Source: a virus. Taken from it: 64,000 nt of DNA. Positions 37,301-46,103 of the stretch are shown piece after piece; the stretch's first letter is position 1, and the number at the start of each line of letters is the position of its first letter. The notes under the pieces are model-generated. The model had not been told where the DNA came from, searched no databases, and saw only the letters and a list, made by a program, of their open reading frames with translations. Location of the stretch: positions 12,212-76,211 of the IMG/VR virus record IMGVR_UViG_3300048930_000409; one strand, 5' to 3'. A program made the translations under genes and the position numbers.

Positions 37301-39578
37301 AGCCGAGGTCTGCCATCGTCTGGTTGATTTGCTTGATACGCTCTTCGAGGGCGTTGGCCTTTTCGATTTCTCGGGCAATCGCTGACTCGCGATCCTCTTT
37401 CGTCGCACGGCGCCCACTTACGCCTGCAATGATTTCCGTGCCGTCCCCGATGGCCTTGGCACGGCGACGAAGAGTCTCGGCGGCGAGCGCGGCCTTCTCC
37501 TTCTCGATCCGCATGTCCTGCACGTTGAAGGCCAACTGCTCCTTCGCGGCCTGGATGTTGTTCCACCGCTGCGCCGCCTGCAGCTTCAACGAATCCAGGA
37601 GCTCGTTGGACCGAGCCGTCTCGTTCTGGAACCCCTCGGCGCTGTACCCCGTCCACTTAGCCAACTCTTCCGTGGCACGGCGCAAGTTGTTCTTTTCTTC
37701 CTTGGTCAAGTTGACCTTCTTGGAGAGGTCGTCGTATACCCGAATGACCTCGGCCAACTTGGTTTCCATCTTCTCCAAGGATGCGGAATTTTTCCCCATC
37801 TCGGCGACGGCCGCCGTGTTGTCTGTCTTCCACTTGTACAGCGCGATGCCTGTCGTCACGATGGCCGTTGCCAGCATGCCCCACGGCCCCGCCAGCCTAG
37901 GCAGGAAAGATGCCAACGTTCGGCCAACGTTCAGCATGCCAGTCCATGCGGCAGCCATCTTGCCGGTCCCCGTGACCATCACCGGCACCGTGTTCTGGGC
38001 AATCATCTTCCCGGTATCGGCGAACGAGTACATCGCGCCCCGGAGGCCCAGGATGGATGACGATGTCGTGGCCGATGCCACGGTGGTAGCCATCATCCCT
38101 GCAGACGCCGCCTTGGACCAATTGTTCCAGGCCGCGACCCCAGATGCCGCCGCCGATGCCGCGTTGACTACAGTGCCTGCCACGGTGCCCATGGCCCGTC
38201 CGTACACGACCGTAGCCGCGTGCCCGACCGTCAGGTAGTTCGTCGCCAGGTGGACCGCCGTCCCGAACGTCGAGATCGCCCGCAGCGGCACCGCGACCCC
38301 CGCCCCCAGGGCACTGAGTGCCGACAGCATACCGCCCATGACATAGACGGCCGGACCCAACACGGCCAAGAATGCCGCCATGCCGAGCGCGGTCGACTTG
38401 ACCGGACCAGGCAGCTGCGCGAACATCTTGAATACTTCACTCAGTACGCCGACACCAGTCTTCAGTGTCGGGAGCAAGTCATTCTTGAGAATAGGCAAGA
38501 AGTCCTGGAACAACTGAATACCAAGAATCTTTGCCGACTCCGTCACCTGCTTCAGCTGATTGGAGAACGCCTCCATCTGCTTCTTGGCGACCCGTTCGGC
38601 CGTTCCCGCCACATCGCCCAGGATGCCTTCGAACCGCTGCATCTCCGGTCCCATGCCCAACAGGGCCTGAATCGCGCCCCGGCTCTTGTCCTGGAATCCG
38701 AGCAACGAGATCGCGGCGAACTTTTGCTGGGCGCTCATGCCCTCCGTATAGCGAGCAATGTCGTTGATGACTTCGCCCATGGAGCGCAAGTTGCCTTCGA
38801 GGTTGTAGACCTCGATGCCTTCCTTCTTCCACGTCTCGGCGTTCTTTACGGACGCTTTCTGCATGTCGCGCAGGGCGATGTACATCTGCTCGCCGGCGCG
38901 CTGACCCTTGATGTTCTGCGATGCGAACGCCATCAGGGCACTGACGCCCTGTTCGATGCTCAGCCCGTACTGGTTGATGGCACCACCCGCACGGGTGGAG
39001 ATCGCCTTGGCGAAGTCTTCGACCGTGCCGAGCGCGGAGTTGTTGGCGGCGGTCAAGATGTCGGCCATCTTGGCCATACCCTCGACCTTGCCCGTCGTCC
39101 CGAGCGAGGCATCGCCGACCGCCGTCACCGCGCCGGCCAGGTAGTCGCCCGCGTCGGACAACTTCATGACACCGGCCTGTGCGAAGTTGGCAACGGTCTG
39201 CAACGACCCCATCGAGTCTTCAGCCGACAAGCCCGCCGATGCCAAGTCGTAGTACGCCTCGGCGGCCTCGGTCGCGCCGAACTTCGTGGACCGCGCGACC
39301 GTGAACGCCGTTTCCTCCATCTGCTTGCGGAGGGCGTCGTTCATGTTGCTCATGATCGAGGTGGACTCGGTCATGGCCTTGTCAAAGTCGGCGCCGAACT
39401 TCCCAATCGCCCCGAGGGCGCCGGCCAAGGGTGCGGACACCCCGAAGGTGATCCGCGACCCCAGGCTGGCCAGGCGATTGCCCATCGCGTCGAACGTCCG
39501 CTCGACGCGGCTAACGTCGCCGGCGAGTGACCCGCTCTGGATTCCGACTCGTACGAGGATCTCTCCAACGGTAGGCAT
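34386..39578 (-). CDS. tail tape measure protein (TP901-type core)
   Basis: 1730 aa, Ala-rich helical; TKFGATEAAEAYYDLASAG; C-terminal LATGGIV.KPTLAMIGE. Confidence 0.95.
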   Translation of the reverse strand: MPTVGEILVRVGIQSGSLAGDVSRVERTFDAMGNRLASLGSRITFGVSAPLAGALGAIGKFGADFDKAMTESTSIMSNMNDALRKQMEETAFTVARSTKFGATEAAEAYYDLASAGLSAEDSMGSLQTVANFAQAGVMKLSDAGDYLAGAVTAVGDASLGTTGKVEGMAKMADILTAANNSALGTVEDFAKAISTRAGGAINQYGLSIEQGVSALMAFASQNIKGQRAGEQMYIALRDMQKASVKNAETWKKEGIEVYNLEGNLRSMGEVINDIARYTEGMSAQQKFAAISLLGFQDKSRGAIQALLGMGPEMQRFEGILGDVAGTAERVAKKQMEAFSNQLKQVTESAKILGIQLFQDFLPILKNDLLPTLKTGVGVLSEVFKMFAQLPGPVKSTALGMAAFLAVLGPAVYVMGGMLSALSALGAGVAVPLRAISTFGTAVHLATNYLTVGHAATVVYGRAMGTVAGTVVNAASAAASGVAAWNNWSKAASAGMMATTVASATTSSSILGLRGAMYSFADTGKMIAQNTVPVMVTGTGKMAAAWTGMLNVGRTLASFLPRLAGPWGMLATAIVTTGIALYKWKTDNTAAVAEMGKNSASLEKMETKLAEVIRVYDDLSKKVNLTKEEKNNLRRATEELAKWTGYSAEGFQNETARSNELLDSLKLQAAQRWNNIQAAKEQLAFNVQDMRIEKEKAALAAETLRRRAKAIGDGTEIIAGVSGRRATKEDRESAIAREIEKANALEERIKQINQTMADLGWGVKNRDIQLGKSTPVPGAPAGEPTGKPPETGPPTTPKADDRAAREPYERTRKSLMTAFLLDLYDMSEAVNEAVSQNTPMPLVLEAWGSEIDKLRVTGRAWGIEMIGNLKSVADASEALNNKNAFAMFDPASGQMTLDTSDLAYMNKLQQDTRDEYEALAQVARASNLAIQDSESSRVAATIQGIENERKAKIEGLKQTKAENAGAYAEAVTAINAEAQFRIDVVNRTADTIVFRMREAGILTNEAMKEAADGAETDFTQMADSGKFSAESIGKAWKKMYDAQIAMSGKFLGAWRAPLATLTQQFQQIAQTVGAGADSWVSFIAGIAGAGQAALTAGDMFSEGFAQFDKGWDMMKKKVAGGGQMMMDGMMGLASGMLAGVGALAQATSGDSLMKNMLGGASTGAMYGGAIGAGIAASMGKGMMVAGVWGAVAGAIVGIMVAYWRGRETRSIMEDVGQEWGGDISKGLADKIKKSKKQFGDQVAAGLYNMSDIVGEVGGWDANLDKIGKLRDVFVMLERGIFDAADAAKVLKDNFANIVTAVETTGRIAPPVIAEIIALNESMGVRSADVYKVLAEQTTKYSTALTGVFGGLSKQYGTLKTDMEAARKAVEDAQTALKDDDSDANRKAAQEANKALAELMAKQAQGAATAGDELARMGRLALAGFVAAEQGGMGTIAALDAMGPALDSLISMYQGLGLSMEGTAVAGLAEFRDRVNQNRELVDSASALNTMMMAASITGALNAESLADMETQGMQTYDSLIAAGFTENETLRLMQGYLQNVYEAHHQMGIPIDEATAKLIAQGIATGVIKDEQLSLNNILMSGLAALITALGGEVPAAWKGFVDKAKGGINEITNKTGELPDTIANQFRNMPTLKIPYEFEQQGDGPELPASERPDPTLNVPHLATGGIVYKPTLAMIGEREAEVVRPLRDDMHRSGSTQPNVDVWLDGRKIGGSSMRHGARYLRDRGVVRR

Positions 39579-39789
39579 TCGTATCGACCTCGTCGAATTT
39601 CGGTCCCATCATGCGGCCCAAAATCTTTTCGGGCCGCATCGCGCCACTCTTCGGTCGCCCGTTGATCAGGTAGGAGACCGCAATTGCCCGAACTTCTTCT
39701 TCGCGCCGCTGCCGGTAGATATACCCCAACAGCAACCAGTTGAACTCCGTTGGCGTCAGCCGATAGAATTCATCGGGCTTCAACGCCAA
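39511..39789 (-). CDS. tail assembly chaperone, downstream (T-like) ORF
   Basis: LKPDEFYRLTPTEF motif; frame stays open upstream across the G stop. Confidence 0.65.
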   Translation of the reverse strand: MALKPDEFYRLTPTEFNWLLLGYIYRQRREEEVRAIAVSYLINGRPKSGAMRPEKILGRMMGPKFDEVDTNAYRWRDPRTSRNPERVTRRRR

Positions 39790-39869
39790 CGGGCCGAACG
39801 CGGTCGGTAGGGCGCGGACAATCCACTCGGTCCAAGAAAGGTTCTCTTCGGCCCGAGGTGTGAGCGCTT

Positions 39870-40325
39870 CTACTGACCCTGGGACGGGACGTCGGACGGG
39901 CTCAGGACGTGGCCCTCGATGTCGTCGTGGCTCACGGGCGCCGGACCGACCGCCTTCGGACCGGCTGCCGCCAGGGCCTTCTTCCTGAAATCCTCGGCAC
40001 GTCCGAACGCGCCGTGCTCCTGGGCCACCTCATACGCGAAGGCCAGCAGCTTCTCGATGCCGTTGTCGGGACGCGCCTCGTCGGAGACGTACTCCTGGAT
40101 CAGGTCACCGACCTGCCGCACGGTGATACGCCGGTCTTCGTGCTGAAACCCGGCCCACAGCAGCCCGCGCACCACGGCGAAGATCGCCTTCTGCTGCATC
40201 AGCTGGCCGAAGCCCATGCCGGTTTCCTGCTCGAAGTCGCTGAGTGCGTTCATGTCGAACTTCAGCGTACGGACGTGGCCCTCGTAGGGCTCGAAAAAAG
40301 TGAAATTCCTTGCCTGAATGGCCAT
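39870..40325 (-). CDS. tail assembly chaperone (G-like)
   Basis: LKFDMNALSDFEQETG..LLWAG; between the tail tube and tape measure genes. Confidence 0.75.
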   Translation of the reverse strand: MAIQARNFTFFEPYEGHVRTLKFDMNALSDFEQETGMGFGQLMQQKAIFAVVRGLLWAGFQHEDRRITVRQVGDLIQEYVSDEARPDNGIEKLLAFAYEVAQEHGAFGRAEDFRKKALAAAGPKAVGPAPVSHDDIEGHVLSPSDVPSQGQ

Positions 40326-40409
40326 GGTGAGCTCCTTGCTCTTCTGGGGGTGTTTCGGGACCGCCCCCGCCCGGAGACGGCCCCGCCCTGATTGCCCGAC
40401 GGCCGCTGG

Positions 40410-40838
40410 TTAGGCGACAGCCCGCGTCAGCACGTTCGAGGCGCCGCCGCCCGCACGGAACGTGCAGGACGTCATGCCCAGGGTGCCGACCTCGCCCGCG
40501 ATGGGCGAGTAGTTCTCCAGCACGGCGTTGCCCGAGTACATCGGGTTGGTCGCGCTGGTGGCCGAGCCCTTGACGGCCTTGGCCGTCACCGGGAACGACG
40601 CGGCGCCGATCAGCGGGAACAGCGTGGCGTCGACCGACCCCGCCGCGAAGTCCTGCGTGAACTCGACCTCGAGGCTCCAGTTCTTGAGCCCCGGCTTGGA
40701 CGACCGCGTCCCCGACGTGCCCATGACGGTGTCGTCGAGCATCTCGGCTTCGTAGTTGAGGGTGAGCGACTTGACGTGGTCGCTGAGGTCGATCGAGTTG
40801 ACCGTCAGCAATGCGTCGGTATAGACGAGTGTGGGCAT
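40410..40838 (-). CDS. tail tube protein
   Basis: 142 aa; D.T.MG....PGLKNWS motif; synteny. Confidence 0.8.
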   Translation of the reverse strand: MPTLVYTDALLTVNSIDLSDHVKSLTLNYEAEMLDDTVMGTSGTRSSKPGLKNWSLEVEFTQDFAAGSVDATLFPLIGAASFPVTAKAVKGSATSATNPMYSGNAVLENYSPIAGEVGTLGMTSCTFRAGGGASNVLTRAVA

Positions 40839-40850
40839 GATGATCTCCCG

Positions 40851-41576
40851 TTACTGGATCCCGAGGACCAGGAACGCATTGAAGACGGGCGAGGTACCGG
40901 AAATGGTCCAATCGACCCGCCAGTACTGGTCGGTCACCGGACCGGCCAATTCCAGCCACTGGGCGCCGATGGCGGTCGCCGGAGCGAACGTCAGGCGCGT
41001 CGTCGGCGACCCGAACCCGACGACGGTGGCACTCTTGACGGTCACGGTCATCGAGGGCGTCGTGCCCCCGGCTTGCGTGACATGCAGTGCTGCGTAGACC
41101 CGCTGCGTGGACAGCGCGGCGCCCAACTGCTGCACCGTGCCGGTCCCCGTGGCGGTCTTGGTCCCCGGTGCCAGCATGACAATCCCGCGCACCAGCGGCG
41201 TGTTGGAGCTCATGCCCGAGAACTCCGACGCCATCAGGGCGCCGACTTCACCGGAGAGCGGGTTGTACGTGCCGTTGACGGCTCGCACGGAGTAGCCTCG
41301 GTCGCCGATGATGTTCCCATCCGGTGAGAACGACATGACCTCACGCGCGGCGCCGATGCGGTTGTAGACGACGGCGTCCACGTCCGTGTCCCAGAAGATC
41401 GAGCCATTGAACTCGAACCCCTTGAGACCGGGCTTGGACGACCGGGTACCAGACGTTCCGAAGACCGTGTCATCCAGCATCTCGGCGCTGTACGACATGT
41501 CGATGGAGTTGTGGTACCCAGACAGGTTGTACCCGCCGAGGAACACCTTGCAGTCCAGGAGCGTCTGGGTCGCCAT
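40851..41576 (-). CDS. tail tube paralog with C-terminal extension
   Basis: Shares AEMLDDTV.GTSGTRSSKPGLK with 40410-40838. Confidence 0.7.
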   Translation of the reverse strand: MATQTLLDCKVFLGGYNLSGYHNSIDMSYSAEMLDDTVFGTSGTRSSKPGLKGFEFNGSIFWDTDVDAVVYNRIGAAREVMSFSPDGNIIGDRGYSVRAVNGTYNPLSGEVGALMASEFSGMSSNTPLVRGIVMLAPGTKTATGTGTVQQLGAALSTQRVYAALHVTQAGGTTPSMTVTVKSATVVGFGSPTTRLTFAPATAIGAQWLELAGPVTDQYWRVDWTISGTSPVFNAFLVLGIQ

Positions 41577-41579
41577 GGG

Positions 41580-41834
41580 TTACTTGCCCTTCTTGTCCGA
41601 GACCTCGGCGATGACGCCATCCACGGCGGCCGAGGCGGCCGGGCTGACTTCATCCTGCGGAGTCCGCGTGACCTTCAGGAACCCGTACTGGCGGACGAGC
41701 CAGTCCTCGCGCTCCGGGTCGAGGGCGAGAGGCACCGACACTTCGCCAGCGGCGATGATGTGGGCCTCGCCCGTGTCGACATCGCGGACATGGATGTCCT
41801 GCGTGCCGATGTTCTTGTAAACCTTCTTGCTCAT
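41580..41834 (-). CDS. hypothetical protein
   Basis: GGGGAG RBS; ATGA overlap. Confidence 0.55.
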   Translation of the reverse strand: MSKKVYKNIGTQDIHVRDVDTGEAHIIAAGEVSVPLALDPEREDWLVRQYGFLKVTRTPQDEVSPAASAAVDGVIAEVSDKKGK

Positions 41835-42097
41835 CCGATCGTCTCCCCGCATTTCTTGCAGTAGAACCGGTTCACGTGGCCCATGGACGGGCTGCTCACA
41901 CGGGCATCTTCCGGATGCGTACATCCCTGGACGCCCTCTTCGGACCCTTCCGGGTCCGCTTCTGGATCGGGTTCGAGTTCGACGTCCTCCTTGAGAAATT
42001 CGAGAAAGTGGCCAATCGCCAAATCGACGGCGGCACACTGCGCTCGAATGGCTTGGAGCAGCAGCACCAGCATGCGAAGACGGGCGTTGCCGTTCAT
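41831..42097 (-). CDS. small zinc-ribbon hypothetical protein
   Basis: CTH...YCKKCG. Confidence 0.55.
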   Translation of the reverse strand: MNGNARLRMLVLLLQAIRAQCAAVDLAIGHFLEFLKEDVELEPDPEADPEGSEEGVQGCTHPEDARVSSPSMGHVNRFYCKKCGETIG

Positions 42098-42504
42098 GGA
42101 TTCTTGCGCCTCACGTGGAGGTTGAATGCGTACTGCATGAGCCCGTCGTTCTCCGTGACCCCCATGGACCAGGGCGGCTGAATCGCCTCAATCAAGAAGT
42201 ACCGGGTGCCGAGCACTTCTCCCTGGAAACCGTCGAACCGATCGTGCAAGTCCAGGGCGACGGATTCGGCCACTTCAGGGTCCGTCCGCCGTACGTAGAC
42301 TTGTACGTGCGGTTGATGGTACACCGTCGCGGCCTTTCCGACACCCATAGTCTTCTCGGCGCGTCGGCCCATGGTCGGAATCAGGGCGACGATGTTCGCG
42401 GGCTTGCCCGTCCACCGGCCCAGCTGAATGGTGGCGATGGGGCCGGACATCGTCCCGTGGCCCCACAGCTGCACCAACGACCCGAGCTCTTGAAGCATTC
42501 CCAC
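42094..42504 (-). CDS. tail terminator/minor capsid-like protein
   Basis: QPHVQVYVR...IEAIQPP..G..EN....FN; synteny. Confidence 0.7.
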   Translation of the reverse strand: MGMLQELGSLVQLWGHGTMSGPIATIQLGRWTGKPANIVALIPTMGRRAEKTMGVGKAATVYHQPHVQVYVRRTDPEVAESVALDLHDRFDGFQGEVLGTRYFLIEAIQPPWSMGVTENDGLMQYAFNLHVRRKNP

Positions 42505-42505
42505 G

Positions 42506-43195
42506 TCAGCCCTCCGTCTCCGATTTGAAGATCTCGGCGATCTGTTCTGCCTTGCTGCCCGACGGCGGTTCCGGTTCGTGACGAATGGTTACCGCTCTGG
42601 TGGCACCGCCTGACGACGTGCCCTTCTTTACGAGCATGGGCGGGCGTCCTGACGGGCTCGAGGACACCGTCGGCTGGTTGGCCAGAAACTTTCGAATTTC
42701 GTCCCCCACGATGTCGACGTAATCGGCGCTGACTTCCGCGGCGGCTTTTTCCAGAAATTTTGCCTGCCTGCCTCGATCCGACGGGGGGATTTCCTTGAAC
42801 CCTGGAAGTGTCTCCCCTGGCTGGCGAAACTTGACCCATGTGGACTCGTGGATCTTCCAGGCATACTCCGTGTCGTAACTGATCGTGTACTCTCCGACGG
42901 ATGACGACCCGAAGTCTTGCGTGCCTTTGCTGACCTTTCCGGAGTCCCTCGTGTTCCCCGTCCGATGGGGGACCATGTCATTTGAAAACTTCAAGATTCG
43001 CGCCGCTGCGAAGTAGGCGCCGTGCCCCGCGCGACGGCGAAAGTTTCCCGTGAACGTGCCCCAGTACTTCTTCAGTTCAGGAAGACCCGCGATCTCAAAG
43101 TCGAACAGCATCGGGTAGGAGCCATTCCCACCCTTTGTCCATTCGTCATCCGGTTGAGGAAGTCGCCGGAATTTGGTCCCTGCGCTGAAGGCCAC
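42506..43195 (-). CDS. neck protein (HK97 gp10-like)
   Basis: VPHRTGNTRDS, YAWKIHE, QAKFLE. Confidence 0.7.
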   Translation of the reverse strand: MAFSAGTKFRRLPQPDDEWTKGGNGSYPMLFDFEIAGLPELKKYWGTFTGNFRRRAGHGAYFAAARILKFSNDMVPHRTGNTRDSGKVSKGTQDFGSSSVGEYTISYDTEYAWKIHESTWVKFRQPGETLPGFKEIPPSDRGRQAKFLEKAAAEVSADYVDIVGDEIRKFLANQPTVSSSPSGRPPMLVKKGTSSGGATRAVTIRHEPEPPSGSKAEQIAEIFKSETEG

Positions 43196-43235
43196 GTTAT
43201 GCGCTCTGACGGTGGTACGGTGGTACCATACCGGT

Positions 43236-43661
43236 ATGGACCCACACTGGTTTTACAACCGAACTACCCAAACCCCCACTTGCTGGGAGTGGAAAGGATG
43301 CCGAGCGAGAAACGGATACGGCAAATTGAAGTACAAAGGAGAGGTGCTGTACGCACATCGGAAATCCTTTGAACTCCATAACGGACCGGTCCCTCCGGGA
43401 AAATCGGTTCTTCACACTTGCGATAACCGAGCGTGCGTGCGCCCATCCCACTTGTACCTTGGCACTCAACAAGACAACATGACCGACCGAGTTGTAAGGG
43501 GACGGCACCCTAACACTCGTTTGACCCTCGATGAAGTTCTTGAAATTCGACGGCTGTACGGCACCATGAGTGTCTCCGCCATTGCTCGCAACTACCCTCA
43601 CATGACCAGGGCAGCTGTGTACGACGTTGCGGTACGACGCTCGTGGAGTCATGTTGCTTAG
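43236..43661 (+). CDS. HNH homing endonuclease, antisense insertion
   Basis: CWEWKG, GYG, AHR, VLHTCDNRACVRPSHLYLGTQQDN, C-terminal HTH. Confidence 0.9.
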   Translation: MDPHWFYNRTTQTPTCWEWKGCRARNGYGKLKYKGEVLYAHRKSFELHNGPVPPGKSVLHTCDNRACVRPSHLYLGTQQDNMTDRVVRGRHPNTRLTLDEVLEIRRLYGTMSVSAIARNYPHMTRAAVYDVAVRRSWSHVA

Positions 43662-44059
43662 GCAGACTGTCTATGGTACATGAAGCCGCACTGAATCAGG
43701 TAGTGGTGCAACCCCTGTTCATCGGGATAGCGCCCTACCGAGAAAATCTCTGGTTCCTGGTCTTCCCACCGGACGTCCGGGGGCAACACCAACTTGTCCT
43801 GGATCGTGAAGATGCCGATGGACCCGCCCTCTAGCGGGCGCCGATCCTCGTCCACGGGCACGCCATCCGTATAGACGTCGTAGATGACGGCACTGTCTTC
43901 GTTCAACGCCCGCCGCAACGCCACGCCCCGGCCGACAATCCGCGCCCGGTATCGCTGCACGGGGCCGAACGTCTTGCGCAAGAAGGCGTCCGTGCCCGTG
44001 TACGGCGCGACCGTGACCGTGTCGGTCATCATCGACAGGAATTCGTTGTCGAAGGCCAT
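43658..44059 (-). CDS. head closure-like protein
   Basis: Size and synteny. Confidence 0.6.
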   Translation of the reverse strand: MAFDNEFLSMMTDTVTVAPYTGTDAFLRKTFGPVQRYRARIVGRGVALRRALNEDSAVIYDVYTDGVPVDEDRRPLEGGSIGIFTIQDKLVLPPDVRWEDQEPEIFSVGRYPDEQGLHHYLIQCGFMYHRQSA

Positions 44060-44463
44060 TAGTGGTCGTGCATCCCTTTGCGGAATGCCCCCTGGATCAG
44101 ATCCGACCGGTTGCGGGCCGTCTGGTTCTGGATGACGTACACGCCGCCTGCCGTGGGGATACCGCTGATCGCGGGGTCACCGCCGCCCACCTGCAACGTG
44201 GTCTTCAACTTCACGAACTGTTCGTACCGCTGACTGGCGAGGATTTTGAGATCGCCGACCCACTTGTCGACCTGCCGGGCGTACCGCGCGATCAAGGCGT
44301 CCACGGCCAGGACCGACGCGGCACGCGGTGAGCCGCCCACCGACGCCAGCAGCGCCACGATCTCCTCGTCCTGCATTTGCGGATCTTCGGAGTAGATGTC
44401 TCCAATCATGAAGCGCACTTGGTCGAGGGCCGTTTGCTGCGAAGCGTCGTACGAGAAACTCAC
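44059..44463 (-). CDS. head-tail connector (adaptor)
   Basis: DQVRFMIGD...MQDEEI motif. Confidence 0.75.
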   Translation of the reverse strand: MSFSYDASQQTALDQVRFMIGDIYSEDPQMQDEEIVALLASVGGSPRAASVLAVDALIARYARQVDKWVGDLKILASQRYEQFVKLKTTLQVGGGDPAISGIPTAGGVYVIQNQTARNRSDLIQGAFRKGMHDH

Positions 44464-44472
44464 CGCGGCCTC

Positions 44473-44727
44473 CTACTGGTCGGGGTCGGAGTACAGCGCG
44501 TCCCGGTCGGCCTGTACGTCGGCCAGGAACTGGTTGGCGCGGGCCTTGAGCAGTTCCGCCAGCTGCAGCGTCGTCAGCTCGGGGTACGGCGTGGGGTCCG
44601 GAGCGTTGGCGCGGAACGTGTTGTACAGCGCCAGAATGCCCGCGATCCCCATGCCCACCTTCCCAGCCAGCGGGGAGATGAAGTCGAGGACCGAGTTGAC
44701 CTTGTCGAGGTTCTGCTGAAGGGACAT
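44473..44727 (-). CDS. hypothetical protein
   Basis: AGGAG RBS. Confidence 0.6.
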   Translation of the reverse strand: MSLQQNLDKVNSVLDFISPLAGKVGMGIAGILALYNTFRANAPDPTPYPELTTLQLAELLKARANQFLADVQADRDALYSDPDQ

Positions 44728-44734
44728 GATGCTC

Positions 44735-45544
44735 CTAGGCGACGGGCGCCGGAACCGGGGACCGGAACAGGTCACGAATGGCCTGCAGTTGCTTGATCAG
44801 ATCGTTGACCTTGACGGCTGTCTCCCCGATGCCGGGCGAGATGTTCGGCAACACGGATTCCAGCGACGTCAAGATCGCCTTGGCCTGCGTGGCCAGCGTC
44901 TGCTGCTCGGCGACGGTCGTGGCCACCTCGTACGCGATCAGGACGTCGGCCAGCTTGCCGATTTGCGTCCCGGCCGTCTCGAACACGTCGAGCAGGGTCT
45001 CGTACTGCTTCTGGTCGAGCGTCTTAACGGCGTACGCCTCCTTGGCGAACGACCGGGCTTCCTGGAGGATAGAGACCGCCCGGAGTCCCTCGGCCGAGAT
45101 ACGCCGCTGTGCCACGTCGGGCGACACGTCGACCGCCCGGCCCGCACACCCCGCCATCAGACCGAACGCCAGCAGCGCGGCCATCAGTTTCCGAACGGAG
45201 TTCGAGTTGGTCATCTCGACCGGACCGGGGTCCGCGACGTCGGGCGCCTTCATGTCGGCCGCCGCTCTCGTGAGGGCCATGGACGGCGTCACCACCATCG
45301 GGTTCGAGGCTTGGTTGGCCAGGTACCGCTGGAACAGTACCGTGCGGTTCTCCTTGACCCACGACGCGACCGCCGAGATGCCCAGGATGACGAGGCCCGT
45401 AGCGAACTCCGCGAAGTTCGACACGGCCGGCGTCCAGTCACCTTCGGTCACGATGCCCTTGGCGATCAGGAAGCCGCCCAGGATGGACAGCAGCTTGATG
45501 AATCCCGACTTGAACAACCGTTCGTACAGTACCCGTTCCAACAT
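44735..45544 (-). CDS. membrane protein: holin-like 2-TM N-terminus plus internal lipobox and helical domain
   Basis: AAGGAG RBS; RKLMAALLAFGLMAGC. Confidence 0.65.
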   Translation of the reverse strand: MLERVLYERLFKSGFIKLLSILGGFLIAKGIVTEGDWTPAVSNFAEFATGLVILGISAVASWVKENRTVLFQRYLANQASNPMVVTPSMALTRAAADMKAPDVADPGPVEMTNSNSVRKLMAALLAFGLMAGCAGRAVDVSPDVAQRRISAEGLRAVSILQEARSFAKEAYAVKTLDQKQYETLLDVFETAGTQIGKLADVLIAYEVATTVAEQQTLATQAKAILTSLESVLPNISPGIGETAVKVNDLIKQLQAIRDLFRSPVPAPVA

Positions 45545-45625
45545 GGTCTCTCCTTGGTTTTGGGGGGTCATACCGTCGCCGTGCCGTTTCGGGGCAACCC
45601 CACGCCCCCGGACGGCCCCTATTTC

Positions 45626-45707
45626 GTTCTGCAGGACGCTAAGACGGGCGATCGGGGGTCCGGCCATACCACGGGCCACCCCCGGCGTCGCAAACGTCCT
45701 GCAGGAC
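45626..45707 (-). promoter_or_regulatory. CTGCAG-box element E3
   Basis: GTTCTGCAGGAC-GCTAAG...TCGGGGGTCCGGCCATACCACGGGCC...GTCCTGCAGGAC, intergenic upstream of 45544. Confidence 0.7.
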
Positions 45708-45717
45708 CGGAAACCCA

Positions 45718-46095
45718 TCATGCGCCCACCCGCCGGAGTTCCTGGACATAGAACACGATCAGGCGGTGCAACATGCCGCCCCCGGTGTAGGCCACCTTCA
45801 ACGTCATCCACCGCTTCTGAATCCGGGCGGCCCCGACCGCGACCGTGTCCAACGGGCCGAGGCGCACTTCGAACCGGTCGGCATAGAACGCCCCGCCGTT
45901 CACGTTGAAGAAGCTCTGGTTGTCGCGGTCGTTGATGATGGCCTGCGTCGCGGCATCCTCGAGCGTGATGGAGGCCGAGACGACCTCCTCGGGCTGGAGG
46001 ACGTCGCCGTTCTCCTTGACGATGGCGGCCGTGTACAGGACGGACCCGCCCTCGGGCACGGGAACCGTGAATTCCTTGATCGCGTAGTCCGGCAT
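45718..46095 (-). CDS. putative virion protein (beta-sandwich-like)
   Basis: GAGG RBS; structural module. Confidence 0.6.
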   Translation of the reverse strand: MPDYAIKEFTVPVPEGGSVLYTAAIVKENGDVLQPEEVVSASITLEDAATQAIINDRDNQSFFNVNGGAFYADRFEVRLGPLDTVAVGAARIQKRWMTLKVAYTGGGMLHRLIVFYVQELRRVGA

Positions 46096-46103
46096 GGCCG
46101 CCT

